The position numbers were made by a program, and so were the translations under genes. From assembly GCF_009914755.1 (NCBI RefSeq), contig NC_060927.1: a stretch of 64,000 nt of DNA. One strand, written 5' to 3'. Below, one piece after another: positions 40,411 to 61,855 of the stretch. Numbering within the stretch: the first letter of the stretch is position 1; every line of letters starts with the position of its first letter. Source of the stretch: the human T2T-CHM13v2.0 reference genome, Homo sapiens. The notes under the pieces are model-generated. The model made no database searches. It was not told where the DNA came from and saw nothing but the letters and a program-made list of their open reading frames with translations.

Positions 40411-41282
40411 TCCTTACAAACCCAGGCATGACACAGACTGACTGCACCACCCGCACAGCTCTGCAGACACCTCCCCAGGGAAGAATTTCTATTCAAGAGG
40501 TACAGGGACCATCTAGGTGGAACCATTTGAGAAGATCTAGTATCTGAGGGATCTATTTTTTTTCACTTCAGATTTAAGTTAATTTCAAAATTTGGATTCA
40601 TATTCCTATGTGGGGAATCCCAGATATTTCTTTCTTTTCTTTCCTTTTTTTTTTTTTTTTTTTTTGAGACGGAGTTTCACTCTTCTTGCCCTGGATGGTG
40701 CAATAGCGCCATCTCAGCTCACTGCAACCTCCACCTCCTGAGTTCAAGCAATTCTCCTGCCTCAGCCTCCCAAGTAGCTGGGATTACAGCCATGCGCCAC
40801 CACGCCCAGCTAATTTTTTTTTTTTTGAGACGGAGTCTCTCTGTGTCACTGAGGCTGGAGTGCAGTGGTGTGATGTCGGCTCAGTGCAACCTCTGACACC
40901 AGGGTTCAAGCGATTCTCCTGCCTCAGCCTCCTGAGTAGCTGAGATTACAGGCAAGTGCGACCACACCCGGCTAATTTTTGTATTTTTAGTAAAGACGAG
41001 GTTTCACCATGTTGGTCAGGCTGGTCTCGAACTCCTGACCTGATCCACCCGCCTCGGCCTCCCAAAGTGCTGGGATTATAGGCGTGAGCCACCGCGCCTG
41101 GCTAGAATCCCAGATACTTCTAAAAATAAGAGTTTGTAGTACAACTGATGCTCCAGAAATCTGGGTACCATTTGACAGAAATGCAGTGCATTCATATTGT
41201 CCCTGCAAGCTAGCTCATTTGCTTAAATTTCCAGAATGCGTACCTACCTTTGATAAGGAGAGTTATTGAATTGATAAAATTA

Positions 41283-41483
<201 letters not shown>

Positions 41484-41526
41484 CTACACTGGGAACAGAG
41501 TAAGAGCCTGTCTCAAAAATAAATAA

Positions 41527-41757
<231 letters not shown>

Positions 41758-42531
41758 TGACATCTGAGCTTGCAACTCTCACTTATGTCTGAGTTTCCCT
41801 TCCTCTATGGCTGGGACCTTAAGCAATAATACTTCTGATAAACTGTGCGCCAGATGGCCAAACATTGCCTAAAAAAAATGACTAAGAAAGAGGCCTTTGA
41901 AAAGAACATTGTGAAGTGGGGATGACTGATGATGTAAATAGGAAAAATGAACAAATGTGTGAAGAAAACATTTGCAAACAGACGTCTACATCTAAATCCC
42001 AAGTCAGCAAATCTAGTATTCAGGAAAAATACCAAATCGGCAGAAACTTTTTGGTTTCTTCAGCTTTAATATACACAGTAGACAAATTTTCCTTTGGTTT
42101 GGAAAATGTTCCTGCCAAAACTTGTATTTCTTATACATGGAAATGTGGTCAAGGAGGCAGCTGTACAGTGGTTACATTTGTGAGAGCTGGAGTGGCTTCC
42201 CTTGGTTCATCTCACACAATCCCCTAAGTGGTAGGAAGACCCGTATCCCAGGGCTGGGGTGCCCAGGTGTCAGAGTGCGGTAACGTTCGCTGAGCACCTA
42301 TGGTGTCCAGGTACTGAGCTGGGAACTTATATTTGTATCATCTTACTTTGGCCCCCAACAATTCTGTGAAACAGGTATCATACCTATTTTATAGATGAAT
42401 AAGTAGAAGTGTGAAGAATATAAAAGGATTGGCTGAAAGTGGCACAGCTTTTAAATAGCAAGACCCTAACTTCAGATCTCTGTGATTTCTGTTTTTTTTT
42501 TTTTTTTTTAAATAAATGTTAAGAGATATAG

Positions 42532-42696
<165 letters not shown>

Positions 42697-43371
42697 TGAA
42701 AACACTGTTGTAGCAGGCGGGTAGTTGAAGCTCTGCACTCAGGGTAGGCTGACGTACTGCCAGGCTCTGACCAGGACCTTACAACAATACCCATCCTTGG
42801 AAGGTTTGAGTCAACTTTATAGCTGAATTTGATGCCAGGAGCACAAAGCAAAAGATCCCCATATATAAAGACAAGGTTATAAGGTACAGTGTGCCTGGTA
42901 CAACTATCTTCCAGAATGCTTCCCAGAAGTAACATAGCTGGGCACCCTGGCACATGTTTATACTCTCAGCTACTTGGAGGTGCTGAGGCAGGAGGATCAT
43001 TTGAGCCCAGGAGTCAGAGGCCAGCCTGAGCAACATGCTACGAAGTGGGGCAGGCTTCTCTGATAAGGTCGAGCCCAAGTAGGCAATGAGAGCAGAGAAT
43101 TCCAAAGGGAGAGACAGTTCTGGGCCCGTGAGCCAATCCTGCTAGCCAGGTCCCCTCCAACCCCCTATTCCAGGCAGACCACTTCTGTGTCAAGGTCTGA
43201 AATCCAGCCTTGACTTTATTTTATTTATGTATTTTTTGAGACAGCTCTGCTGTACAGGCCAGAATGCAGTGACATGACCATAGCTCACTGTAACCTCAAG
43301 CGATCCTCCTGCCTCAGCCTCCCAAGTAGCTGGAACTACAGGCATGTGCCATCACACCTGTCAAATTTTAA

Positions 43372-43518
<147 letters not shown>

Positions 43519-43740
43519 TAGAGACAAAGTCTCACTATATTGCCCAGGCTATTCTTGAACTCCTAAGCTCAAAGGATCTTCCAGCCTCCTCGGCCTCCCA
43601 AAGTGCTGGGATTACAGGTGAGAGCCAGCATGCCTGGCTCTAGCCTTGGCTTTATTAAGGTACAGGCAGGTTTTCCTGCAGGTAGTAAGATGAATAAAGG
43701 TTAGATTGGTTTTGAGATCCAGATAGAGGCTAGACTCTAG

Positions 43741-44096
<356 letters not shown>

Positions 44097-44163
44097 TAAT
44101 CCCAGCACTTTGGAGGCCAAGGCAGGAGGATTGCTTGAGCCCAGGAGTCCAAGGCTACTCTGA

Positions 44164-44404
<241 letters not shown>

Positions 44405-44614
44405 TAGCTGGGACTACAGGCACCCACCACCACGCCCGGCTAATTTTTGTATTTTTTGTAGAGAAGGGGTTTCACCATGTTGGCCAGGCTGATCTCTAAC
44501 TCCTTACCTCAAGTGATCCACCTACCTCAACCTCCCAAAGTGCTGGGATTACAGGTGTGAGCCACCATACCCAGCCCTTGAAAATATTTTTTTAAAGAAA
44601 CTTTAATGTGCAGA

Positions 44615-44750
44615 TAAGTCCCATGGAGGGGACGTGTTAAAATGCAGATTCTGATTCAGAAGGTCTGGTGGGGGTCCAAGACGGTGTTTCTAACAAGCTC
44701 CTAACTGATACCCAGGCTGCTGCTGGTCTTAGACCAACCCTTGAGTAGAC
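44615..44750. mobile_element. MER5A-like remnant
   Basis: tgttaaaatgcagattctgattcagaaggtctgg...tttctaacaagctcc...ttgagtag. Confidence 0.65.
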
Positions 44751-45224
44751 TTTAGAGGAAGAAGTTTTTATTAGCTGTTTCTACAACACTCCCCACAGAA
44801 AGGGCACCCTGTGTGGCCAGCTGGCATGAAAGCGGTTTCTGCTTGGCAGCTATTTTTAGGTAGCTGTAATGCATTCTATTTTTTGCATTCTAAGCTTTTC
44901 AGTGGACCAGGGCGATCCCTGGGGCTGTCCCAGCTTCAGCAACGGTCCCTAAGACCATTCAGCTACTTTGCAGCCACTGCACAACTGCCAAACAATCCAC
45001 TAATCCTGATCTTGAAACAATTTTCCCTCCTGAGAAGACACCAGACCTCAGCAGGAAGACTTGGCCTGCACAGCAGTTCTCTTACCCCACACGAATTAAT
45101 AAATAGGCCTCATGAATCGGGATTTTGTGCCCTTGGGTAGCGAATTACCTGATGACTCTGGTGAACTGACGAAACTGAGTTTGTGAAACTGTGAGCCGGA
45201 AGAACAGTCTACAGCTGTCGTGGA

Positions 45225-45337
45225 CTCCCCTGAACTCCTGGGAAGACCCAGCCCAACAGCCAGTCCACACGAACCCTCCCCTGAACCCCTGGGAAGACGC
45301 AGCTCAACAGCCAGTCCACACGAACCCTGCTCTGAAA
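45225..45337. repeat. 51-bp tandem repeat, about 2.2 copies
   Basis: ctcccctgaac(t/c)cctgggaagac(c/g)cagc(c/t)caacagccagtccacacgaacc starting at 45225, 45276 and partially at 45327. Confidence 0.9.
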
Positions 45338-45401
45338 CCTCTCCTGCAGACTGGGCCTGGGCTAGAGAAGAACAGGAGTTTTCTTTTCTCCTTTTTTTTG
45401 A

Positions 45402-45659
<258 letters not shown>

Positions 45660-46774
45660 TAGATGAGCCACCGCGCCAAGCTGTGAATTGATTTTTTAGT
45701 GAAACTTCAGGGAGCCAAGGACCTTGGCCCCCACAGAACCATCTGGATTATTGGGAACAGGTGCAAAATATATAGGGCCAGCGAAAACTCTCAAAGGAAT
45801 GATTGACATTATAAATTTAGAGAGGAAGGACTGCCTTCCTTTCTGTGACAACAGCACTTTAATGTTCCAAAACAGGATGTCCTTGGATTTGGTTTTAATG
45901 CTTATGTATATAAGGTTAGCTATTGCCAGGAGACTGATACAATTAATCAGAGTCCATCTCTCCCTTCCAGGCACACCTTCACTTCGCTGCAGTTTCTCAT
46001 GGCCATAAATCCATTAGAGCAAGAAACAGCAAGATTAGTAGAGGGCCATAAATTTAGATTCTGGGCCATTTTACCTGATAAGTCTTTTTGTTCTTTTCTC
46101 TTTTTTTGAGATAGGGTCTCACTCTGTCACCCAGGCTGGAGTGCAGTGGAGTGGCCATGGCTCACCGCAGCCTCTACATCCCAGGCTCCAGCCATCCTAC
46201 CTCAGCTTGCAGCTGGAACTACAAGAGCACGTCCCCACCCCTGGCTAGTTGTTTTGTAATTTTTGTAGAGACAGGATCTTTCTATGTTGCTAGGGCTGGT
46301 CTCAAACTCCTGGGCTCCAGTGATCCACCCACCTTGGCCTCCCAAAGTGCTGGGGTTTCAGGCGTGAATCATCATGCCCAGCCAGAAACCAGTCTTAAAA
46401 GACTGTATACTATAATGATTCTATTTATATGACATTCTGGAAAAGGTGAAATTATAGAGACCTAAAATACATCAGTGGTTGCCAGAGGCTTGGAGAATGA
46501 AGTATAGGCTGAATAGGTAAACCATATATGATATTTTAGGGCAGCGAAACTCTTCTGTATGGTACATGAGACTGTGCATTTTTCAAAACCCATAGAACTG
46601 GCTGGGTGTGGTGGCTCACGCCTGTAATCCCAGCACTTTGCGAGGCCAAGGCAGCGGATCACGTGAGGTCAGGAGTTTGAGACCAGCCTGGCCAACATGG
46701 TGAAACCCCGTCTCTACTGAAAATACAAAAAATAGCTGGGCATGGTGGTGGGTACCTGTAATCCCAGCTACTCA

Positions 46775-46873
<99 letters not shown>

Positions 46874-46879
46874 TCATGT

Positions 46880-46924
<45 letters not shown>

Positions 46925-47233
46925 TTAGCTGGCTGAGCGGCATGCGCCTGTAGTCCCAGCTACTCAGGAAGGTGAAGCAGGAGGATCCCTTGAATCCAGG
47001 AGTTCATGAGCTATGATCATCCCACAGCACTCCAGCCTCCGTGACAGAGCAAAACCCTGTCACTAAAACAAAACAAAACAAACAAACAAAAACCCATAGA
47101 GCACAAATTTCTCTACAGCACAAATTTCAACCTTAATATATGCAAATGTTAAAGCGGGAGTGGGAGGGTTCCCAGGATGGAATGCAAACTGTTATAAAGA
47201 ACCTCACCATGCTACAAACATGACCTAACATCC

Positions 47234-47885
47234 AAGGGGAAGGAAGGGAAGTGCTGGGCGTTGAAGGGGAGGGAAGGGAAGTACTGGGTATTGAAGGGGA
47301 GGGAAGGGAAGTGCTGGGCATTGAAGGGGATGGAAGGGAAGTGCTGGGCATTGAAGGGGATGGAAAGGAAGTCCTGGGCATTGAAGGGGATGGAAGGGAA
47401 TTGCTGAGCGTTGAAGGGGATGGAAGGGAAGTGCTGGGCGTTGAAGGGGATGGAAGGGAAGTGCTGGGCGTTGAAGGGGAGGGAAGGGAAGTGCTGGGCG
47501 TTGAAGGGGAGGGAAGGGAAGTGTTGGGCGTTGAAGGGGATGGAAGGGAAGTGCTGGGCGTTGAAGGGGGTGGAAGGGAAGTGCTGGGCGTTGGGGGTGG
47601 AAGGGACGTGCTGGGCGTTGAAGGGGATGGAAGGGAAGTGCTGGGCGTTGAAGGGGATGGAAGGGAAGTGCTGGGCGTTGAAGGGGATGGAAGGGAAGTG
47701 CTGGGCGTTGAAGGGGATGGAAGGGAAGTGCTGGGTGTTGAAGGGGATGGAAGGGAAGTTCTGGATATTGAAAGAGAAGGAAGGGAAGTGCTGGGTATTG
47801 AAGGGGATGGAAGGGAAGTGCTGGGTGTTGAAGGGGAAGGAAGGGAAGTGCTGGGTATTGAAGGGGATGGAAGGGAAGCGCTGGT
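47234..47885. repeat. G-rich 30-bp VNTR, about 22 copies
   Basis: Consensus gtgctgggcgttgaaggggatggaagggaa, with one 27-bp variant at 47581. Confidence 0.98.
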
Positions 47886-48068
47886 CTAAGTGACTTTGGA
47901 AATAAGTGAAGACTATAAGACTAAAAATAAAAGGAACTGTACATAAGCACTGAACTCTAACAGCAAAATTGTTTCCCATGGGGATATGGGTTAACAACTG
48001 TGAAACCACTCTACATTGTGCTGGGATTGAATGGATGGCAAGCCAGGGAGCCAGGTAGCTCACCGTTG

Positions 48069-48071
<3 letters not shown>

Positions 48072-48108
<37 letters not shown>
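48072..48108. repeat. (CA)n microsatellite, about 18 units
   Basis: Read directly, followed by a degenerate TA/TG-rich tract to about 48320. Confidence 0.97.
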
Positions 48109-48110
<2 letters not shown>

Positions 48111-48785
48111 TCTCTTTTGCTTATATTAATGTGTATATAAATATACATACATTAACAACTGTGTGTGTGTATATATATACACACATATAAATATATATGC
48201 TAATAATCATGTATGTGTTTATGTGTGTGTATGTATTATACAAGAATCATGTATGTGTGTTACATACATGATAGTTAATGTATATATATTTATACGTGTG
48301 CACCAGTTAGTACACACATATAAAAACTACAAAGCAAGTCGGCCAGACATGGTGGTTTATGCCTGTATTCCCAGCACTTTGGGAGACCAAGGCAGGAGGA
48401 TTGCTTGAGCCTATTAGTTCGAGACCAGCTTGGGTAACTTGACAAAACCCTGTGTCTACAAAAAATACAAAAATTAGCCAGGTGTGGTGGCAGGTGCCTG
48501 TAATCCCAGCTCCCGAGGAGGCTGAGGTAGGAGGATCACCTGAGCCCGGAAGGTCAAGGCTGCAGTGAGCTATGATCGCACCACTGCACTCCATCCTCGG
48601 TGACAGAGTGAGACCCTCTCTAAAAAAAAAAAAAAAAGTCTGAAAAAGAAAACACAACAAGTATAGAGAAAGTCAAGAAAACTGAAGTTGTCTTTTTGAA
48701 AAGACCAACAAAACTGACAAAACAGTCTGGCGCTCACGCCTGTAATCCCAGCACTTTGGGAGGCTGGGGTGGGAGGATCACTTGA

Positions 48786-48998
<213 letters not shown>

Positions 48999-49435
48999 TA
49001 GCTGGGACTACAGGCACCCGCCACCGCGCCCGGCTAATTTTTTGTGTGTTTTTTAGTAGAGATGGAGTTTCACCATGTTAGCCAGGATGGTCTTGATCTC
49101 CTGACCTCGTGATCCGCCCACCTCGGCCTCCCAAAGTGCTGGGATTACAGGCGTGAGCCACCGCGCCCGGCCGAAAATTTTTAAAAATTAGGCATAGTGG
49201 AAACCTGTAGTCCTAGCTACTTGGGAGGCTGAAGAAGGATTGCTTGAGCCGAGGAGTGACCAATGATCAAGCCACTGCACTCCAGCCTGAGTGGCAGAGT
49301 GACACCCTGTCTCGATTTTTTAAAAAACTGACAAATCTTTTGCTAAACTGACCATTTTAAAAAGAGAAAAAGTGGCCAGGAGGGTGGCTCACGCCTGTAA
49401 TCCCAGCACTTTGGGAGGCCAAGGCAGGCGGATCA

Positions 49436-49759
<324 letters not shown>

Positions 49760-50579
49760 TCATGCCTGTAGTCCCAGCACTTTGGGAGGCTGAGGCAGGC
49801 AGATTGCTTGAGCCCAGGAGATCTGTTGTCCAGGAGATCTGAGATCAGCCTGGACAACATGACAAAACCCAATCTCTACAAAAAATACAAAAATTAGGCA
49901 GGTGTGGTGGCACAGGCCTGTAGTCCCAGCTACTGAGGGAGGCAGAGGCAAGAGGATGGCTTGAGCCCTGGAGGTTGAGGCTGCAGTGAACCCTGACGGT
50001 GCCCTGCACTGCAGCCTGGGTGACAAAGTGAGATCCTGTCTCAAAAAATAAATAAATAAAAATAGATTATAAAAGAATACCATGAATAACCATATGCCAA
50101 CAAATTAGATAACTTATATAAAATAAAATGGGCACATTCCTTGAAAGACACAAATTTCTGAAACAGACAGAAGAAGAAGGAGAATATCTAAATAGACCTA
50201 TAGACCTACAGCAAGTAAAGAGATTGAATTCATACTGACAGTGGCTCACACCTATAATCCCAGCACTTTTCAAGGCCGAGGCAGGAGGAGCACTTGAGCC
50301 TATGAGTTCAAGTCCAGCCTAGACAATGTAGCAAGACACTGCCTCTAATACAAAAATTAACACTAAAACAACAAAAACACTCAACAAACTAAAAGGAGCT
50401 ACCTCAATCCAATAAAGGGCACATACAAAAAAACCTACAGCTAACATACTTAGTAGTGAAAGACTTTCTCCCTACCAAAACAAAGATGTCCACTCTCACC
50501 TGTTCAACACTGTGAAGGAGGTTCTAGCCAAAGCAATTAGACAAGAAAAAGAAACAAACAGGCTGGGTGCGGTGGCTCA

Positions 50580-50901
<322 letters not shown>

Positions 50902-51063
50902 CTATCTCTGCTTATAAATGATATGATTTTATATAGAGAGAATCCTAATGAATCCAACAAAAAGCTACTAGTATTTACATGTATATTTCCCAGCTCTGTC
51001 CACTTAGAGGCCCCAGAAACAATATCCAGGTAGCAATGAGAACACACCCAGTGTCCAGATCTC

Positions 51064-51492
<429 letters not shown>

Positions 51493-52212
51493 TGATCTTC
51501 CCGCCTCGGCCTCCCAAAGTGCTAGGATTACAGGTGTGAGCCACACTGCCCGGCCCTGATGGTTTTGTTGTTTTTTTTTTTTGTTTTTTTTTTTAGTAAA
51601 TAAACTTGTACCAGAAGAAATGGCTGATTCTAAGCCTGGGTCAGGAAATATCCAATATGAACCTGGAGCATCTTCTAGTGCCAGAAAGTACGAACGAGCT
51701 CAAAGAACAAAATGGTGGGGATATGTCTATGGACACAGAAGCCAACTACAGAAGCTCCCAATGGCCAAAGCTGGAGCAATTTATACTACAGAATGAAGAG
51801 CCTAATACAGATTATAACCCAAAGTATAAAAAACAAATATCCATGAGACCCCACTGCCATAAATAAGTGATTGCCTAAACAAATAAATGAGGACGAATAG
51901 GCAACTCTCTTGTACAGTGGAACTCTAGATGATATACTGACATTTATCATGGAGGAGGTGGGGCATAACTCCCTACCGCTGAGGCAGGAGTTGCATAGAG
52001 TGACTTCCTACTAAAGAGTATAGTACGGAAAGCGGAGGAAAGGCCGGGCACGGTGGCTCACGCCTATAATCCCAGCACTTTGGGAGGCCAAGGCGGGTGG
52101 ATCACGAGGTTAGGAGTTCAAGACAAGCCTGGCCAACATGGTGAAACCCCATCTCTACTAAAAATACAGAAAATTAGCCAGGCATGGTGGCAGGTGCCTG
52201 CAATCCCAGCTA

Positions 52213-52320
<108 letters not shown>

Positions 52321-53209
52321 TCAAACAAACAAACAAACTAAAAAGAAAATGGCACTTTATCTCTGTGGTTTTCCTCCCCAAAACCCCAAACCCCAGTCTA
52401 ATCATGAGAAAAACATCAGACAAATCCCAGTTGAAGGACATTCTACAACATGTATGACCAGTACTCCTTAAAACCGTCAAGTTCATTTAAAAAAAAGAAG
52501 GGCTGGACGCGGTGGCTCACACCTGTAATCCCAGCACTTTAGGAGGCCGAGGTGGGCGGATCACCTGAGGTCAGGAGTTCGAGACCAGCCTGGCCAACAT
52601 GGTGAAACCCCGTCTCTACTAGAAATACAAAAATTATCCGGGTGTGGTGGCTCGAACCTGTAGTCTCAGCTACTTGGGGGGTTGAGGCGGTAGGATTGTT
52701 TGAGCCCAGGAGGCAGGGGTTGCAGTGAGCTGACATCGTGCCACTGTGTTCCAACCTGGGTGGACAGAGTGAGACCCTGTGTGAGAAACTTACATTTTAT
52801 TTTATTTAGGTATTTGGTTTTGGGATTACAGGCATGAGCCTCCGCGCCTGGCCGAAACTTACATTTCAGAAGAGCGTAAGGAGACCTAATGACTGAATGT
52901 GATATGGCATCCTAGCTGAAATGCTAGAAATAGAACACTGGGTAAGAACGAAGGTAACCCAAATTATGTATGGTCTTCAGAAGACTGTATGAATATTGAC
53001 TCATAGGTTTTGATAAATGTACCATAGTAATGGGATAACAATAGGAGAAACTGAGTGTATGGGTATATGGAAACTCTATATTTGATCGATTGATTGATTG
53101 AGATAGGGTCTCACTTTGTTGCCCAGGTTGGAGTGCAGTGGTGTGAACACGACTCACTGCAACCTCAACATTCCGGGCTCAAAACATCTTCACGAAGCTG
53201 CCCAAGTAG

Positions 53210-53670
<461 letters not shown>

Positions 53671-54288
53671 TAGTCCTGAGCCTCCAGGCCCAGCCATCTC
53701 TACACTATCCTTGCAAATTTTTTGTAAATCAAAAATATTCTAAAGCAAAAATTTATTGAGAAAAATATACACATACATATCACATGTACACACATACACA
53801 TAGTTGCAGAAAAGGGAACAGAAGAAAAAATAGTTTAAAAAATCTTTTTGTTTTTCCATTAAATATTCTTTAATAAATATGTACTACTTTGAACATAAAA
53901 AATGCTTTTCTTTAAACTATGAGAATAGAAAATGCTTATTTGTTTGAAATGTAACCCTGGCTTTCTCTTTCTACTGTATTCTACCCATTACTATTCTATA
54001 TTTTGTATTTTATTATATTATTATTATTTTTGAGACAGGATCTCACTCTGTCACCCAGGCTGAGTGCAGTGGCATGATCACAGCTCACTGCAGCCTCGAC
54101 CCCCCCAGGCTCAAGTGATCCTCCCACCTCAGCCTCCTGAGCAGCTGGGGCTATAGGTGAGTGACACCACACCTGGATAATTTTTTGTTTTTTGTAGACA
54201 GGGTCTTACCATATTGCCCAGGCTGGTCTTGAACTCCTGGGCTCAACTGATCCTTCCACCTCAGCCTCCTGATTAGCTGGGACTATAG

Positions 54289-54681
<393 letters not shown>

Positions 54682-55199
54682 TGAACTCCTGACCTCGTGA
54701 TCCACCCACCTCTGCCTCCCAAAGTGCTGGGATTACAGGGGTGAGCCACCACACCCAGCCAGCCTATTTTATTTTATTTTATTTTGAGACAGGGTCTCGT
54801 TCTGGTGCTGGAGTGCAGTGGCATGAGGTTGCTTACTGCAGCCCCAACCTTTTGCGCTCGAGTGATCCTCCCACCTCAGCCTTCTGAGTAGCTGGGATCA
54901 CAGGCACGTCCTACCATGCCCAGCCAATTTTTAGTTGTTGTTTACAGACACAGTCTCTCTTCCTAATGCAGTCTCCCTTAGTATCTCACTGGTCTTTAAG
55001 TAAAAAAGAAAAAATTTAAAAATTGGAATAACAAAAGATATGTGGTCTCCCTGTGTTCCCCAAGCTGGTCTTGAACTCCTGGGCTCAAGCAATCCTCCTG
55101 CTTCGGCCTCCCAAAGTGCTAGGATTACAGGTGTGAGACACTGCACCTGGCCTACTCTTCTATAATAAGAGTCTCATCTTTCTCTTATGTTGAACGTGA

Positions 55200-55424
<225 letters not shown>

Positions 55425-56239
55425 TAGCCAGGATGGTCTCGATCTCCTGACCTCTTGATCCGCCCGCCTCGGCCTCCCAAAGTGCTGGGATTACAGGAGT
55501 GAGCCACCGCGCCTGTCATCTTTTTAACATTTTTTAAGGAATTCTTATTTGCCATGAGCCAAGGAATGCACAGAGACTAGATTCCCATGGACAGCTCACT
55601 CCTACCGAACACATACAATGGGACACACCTGTGCTGGGTGAAAGGCGCAGCCTAGAGGGCTGGCAGGTGTTGGGTGAGGCTCAGGTTTCAGGCTGAGGGG
55701 AGGAGGGTCAGCTGGCAGATCCTCAGCAACTCTGGCAGCCTCACAGGGCCACAGCCCCCCTGGAGCTCTTGGTTCCCCCAGGGTCAAACCAGGTCTCAGT
55801 CATGGAGCTAGGATCAAGCTTTCCTACCCTCCTCAGTAGGAGGCCCCCTTCTTCCCGGGAGGGAGAGCTAGGGGAAGGGAGATAGTGGAGGGTGAGGGAA
55901 CAGCATTCGCATTTGTAAGCAGTGCCCTGGAGCTGCATGCTGGAGATAAGAGAAGGCCCCTCCCGAGGCTGGGAGCAGAGGGAGCTGCAGCCTGAGGCTT
56001 GGGCAGGACAGGTGAACCCAGGTTTCCCAACCACTGAATCACCCTTTGCCCCACCACGCACATGCGCTCTTGCGTGTGGACGCACGTGCACACACACGCA
56101 CACCCCACAGCTTCCATGTGGCAATGTGTCTAAGCCCAAGATCCTGGACAGCCCAGACACAGAACTGCCATGAGAACCCACAGCAGTCCCACTCGGGAGC
56201 CCTCATCAGCACTGCTGAGTGCCAACCGAACAACAGTGA

Positions 56240-56761
<522 letters not shown>

Positions 56762-56764
56762 TGA

Positions 56765-57624
<860 letters not shown>

Positions 57625-58176
57625 TAGTAGAGACGGGGTTTCACCATGTTAGCCAGGATGGCCTCGGTCTCCTGACCTTGTGATCCACCCGCCTCGGCCT
57701 CCCCGAGTGCTGGGATCACAGGCGTGAGCCACCGCACCTGCCACGTAGAGCCTATTTTCTTATCCATAAAACAATACCTACTTCACGGGGTTGTTCTGAG
57801 GATTAAGACAATCTATGTAAAATAATTAGCCAATACACAACCTATAGCATGCTCAGTAAATGGTAGCTGGTATAACAATTATGGGTTTCTTGTTTGTTTT
57901 TTTGTTTGAGATGCAGTCTGGCTGTTGCCCAGGCTGGTCTTAAATTCCTGGGCTCAAGCAGTCCTCCCGCCTCGGCCTCCCAAAGTGTTGGGATTATGAG
58001 CACGAGCCACCACATCCGGATAAAGGAAGTCCCTGTCCGGGATCACCTGAGGCTAAAGAGAGCTGCGTCACCCAACGTCATGCTCCCCCTAGGGACAGCT
58101 GCATTCCTGACAAGGGCCATCCCAGCTCCAGAGAGTCACTCCTATTGAGAGATTTGCTGAGGCCTTTGTTTCCTGA

Positions 58177-58640
<464 letters not shown>

Positions 58641-58821
58641 TAAGGAGAGGTTATTAAATGGCCCTGTCTCTGACAGTCTAATGTATTTCTCTCCACAATG
58701 GCATGTACCCTCCTAGTTCCCCTGAGAGTACACTGTCTTCTTGGGGATGCATCTAGACCTGGTAATTTCTAGAAACTGATCGAAGTTAGAGACTGGGAGA
58801 AAATACAGAAATCCTAATCCT

Positions 58822-59365
<544 letters not shown>

Positions 59366-59797
59366 TTACAACTCCAAGACCAGCCTGGGCAACATGGTGA
59401 AACCCTGTCTCGACAAAAACACAGACATTAGCCTGGTGTGGTGGTGTGTGCCTGTGGTCCCAGCTATTCAGGAGGCTGAGGTGGGAGGCAGAGGTTGCAG
59501 TGAGCCAAGATCATGCCACTGCACTGTAGCCTGGGCGATGGAGCGAGACCCTATAGTAACAAAACAAAACAACAACAAAAAAATTCCACAAACGACTAAA
59601 GAGGAACAAACCAATCAGACTTCTCAGAAGTACTTGGCACTGAACTTTTCAAAGGATCCTTACCAAAATCGAGCTTTTTTGTTTTCCCTCTGAAGTCTCA
59701 TGTTAAGCAAGAGGGGAAAACCCAGTGTCTGCCTGGGGTAAGAAAAGTCGCAAAAGTCTTCAAAGGTCATCAAGGTTTTAAATGTTCACAGTAATGA

Positions 59798-60013
<216 letters not shown>

Positions 60014-60296
60014 TAGCCAGGATGGTCTCGATCTCCTGATCTCATGATCCACCTGCCTCGGCTTCTCAAAGTGCTGGGATTACAGGCGTGAGCCACCACG
60101 CCTGGCTCCAAGTTTCTTCATGGAGCTCTATCTGCAAGGATCTGAGTCGAGAGGGCACACACACAGGAGGCAAATTCACGACCTGAACCAAGGCCCATTC
60201 TCCTGAGAGACTTTCAGGTCACTGACGTAGCTACAGATATTGGAAAAAAATGCATCTGTAGTAGTTCAGTTGAGGAGAGGGGATGGGTGGCAGTAA

Positions 60297-60626
<330 letters not shown>

Positions 60627-60719
60627 TGATCACAGCTCACTACGGCCTTGACCTCCTGGGTCCACCTCAACCTCCCAAGTAGCTGGGACTACAGGTGCAT
60701 GCCATCATGCCTGTGTTTC

Positions 60720-60721
<2 letters not shown>

Positions 60722-60805
<84 letters not shown>

Positions 60806-60812
60806 AGAGAGA
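60722..60812. repeat. Compound (TA)n(GA)n microsatellite in Alu linker
   Basis: About 15 TA units then about 24 GA units, read directly. Confidence 0.96.
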
Positions 60813-61672
60813 GTAGATATGGGGTTTCACCATTTTGCCCAGGCTGGTCTTGAACTCCTGGGCTCAAGCAATCCTCTTGCCTCAGCCTCCCAAAATGGTG
60901 GGATTACAGGAGTGAGCCACCACACCCAGAGAATTTTTAAATTTTTTGTGGTGATGGAGTCTCGCTCTGTTGCCCAGGCTTGTTTCAAACTCCGAGCCTC
61001 AAGCAATCCTCCCACCTTGGCCTCCCAAAGCACTGGGATGACAGGTGTGAGACAGCATGCCCAGGCATGAATGTGTCTTTAAACATACCTTTTACTTTCT
61101 TTTTTTTTTTTTTAACTGTAGTCATAATAGCTATTTACTTGGGTAAAATTTTCTCAGGATATTTTTGGTATGTGGGGCAGAGGGAGAGCTAGCAAGTGAG
61201 AGAAGCTGTCTTTTCAGTACAAAGAGCTCACAGTACTCCGGTCTCCACTGGAAGTTCCGTCTTTATTTTTAAAGGAATCTGGTCATGAGTCTGTTGACCA
61301 AGCACATCCTGGTAATCTATTGTCAGATGAGAAGTGTTCTGGATTTCCAACTTATACCATGCATGATAGATGCTGAGTTTCAAGCATAAAACTACTCTAG
61401 TTACCAAGATCATACTGCTTTTATGTTGATATAACTTAATTTTATTATTTGCTTCACCTCCCACCAGAATCACTTATTTGCTCACTTTTCTTGTCTATGC
61501 TCTAGAATGCACTTACTGCTTAAGCGGCATATTATATGAACCATCCTTTTACATTATAGTTTATTAAAAAGTGGCTTTTGCCGAGTGTGGTGGCTCACGC
61601 CTGTCATCCCAGCACTTTGGGAGGCCGAGGCAGGTGGATCACGAGGTCAGGAGATCGAGACCATCCTGGCTA

Positions 61673-61855
<183 letters not shown>

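Noticed and set aside
41805-42227. 103-aa and 76-aa non-Alu ORFs upstream of TFRC
   Set aside because: No recognisable domain or exon structure, and the lengths are compatible with chance.
47133-48063. Long ORFs (283, 212, 160 and 82 aa) with 10-aa repeats
   Set aside because: They are a by-product of a 30-bp VNTR that is stop-free in several frames. There is no promoter, splice or codon evidence for translation.
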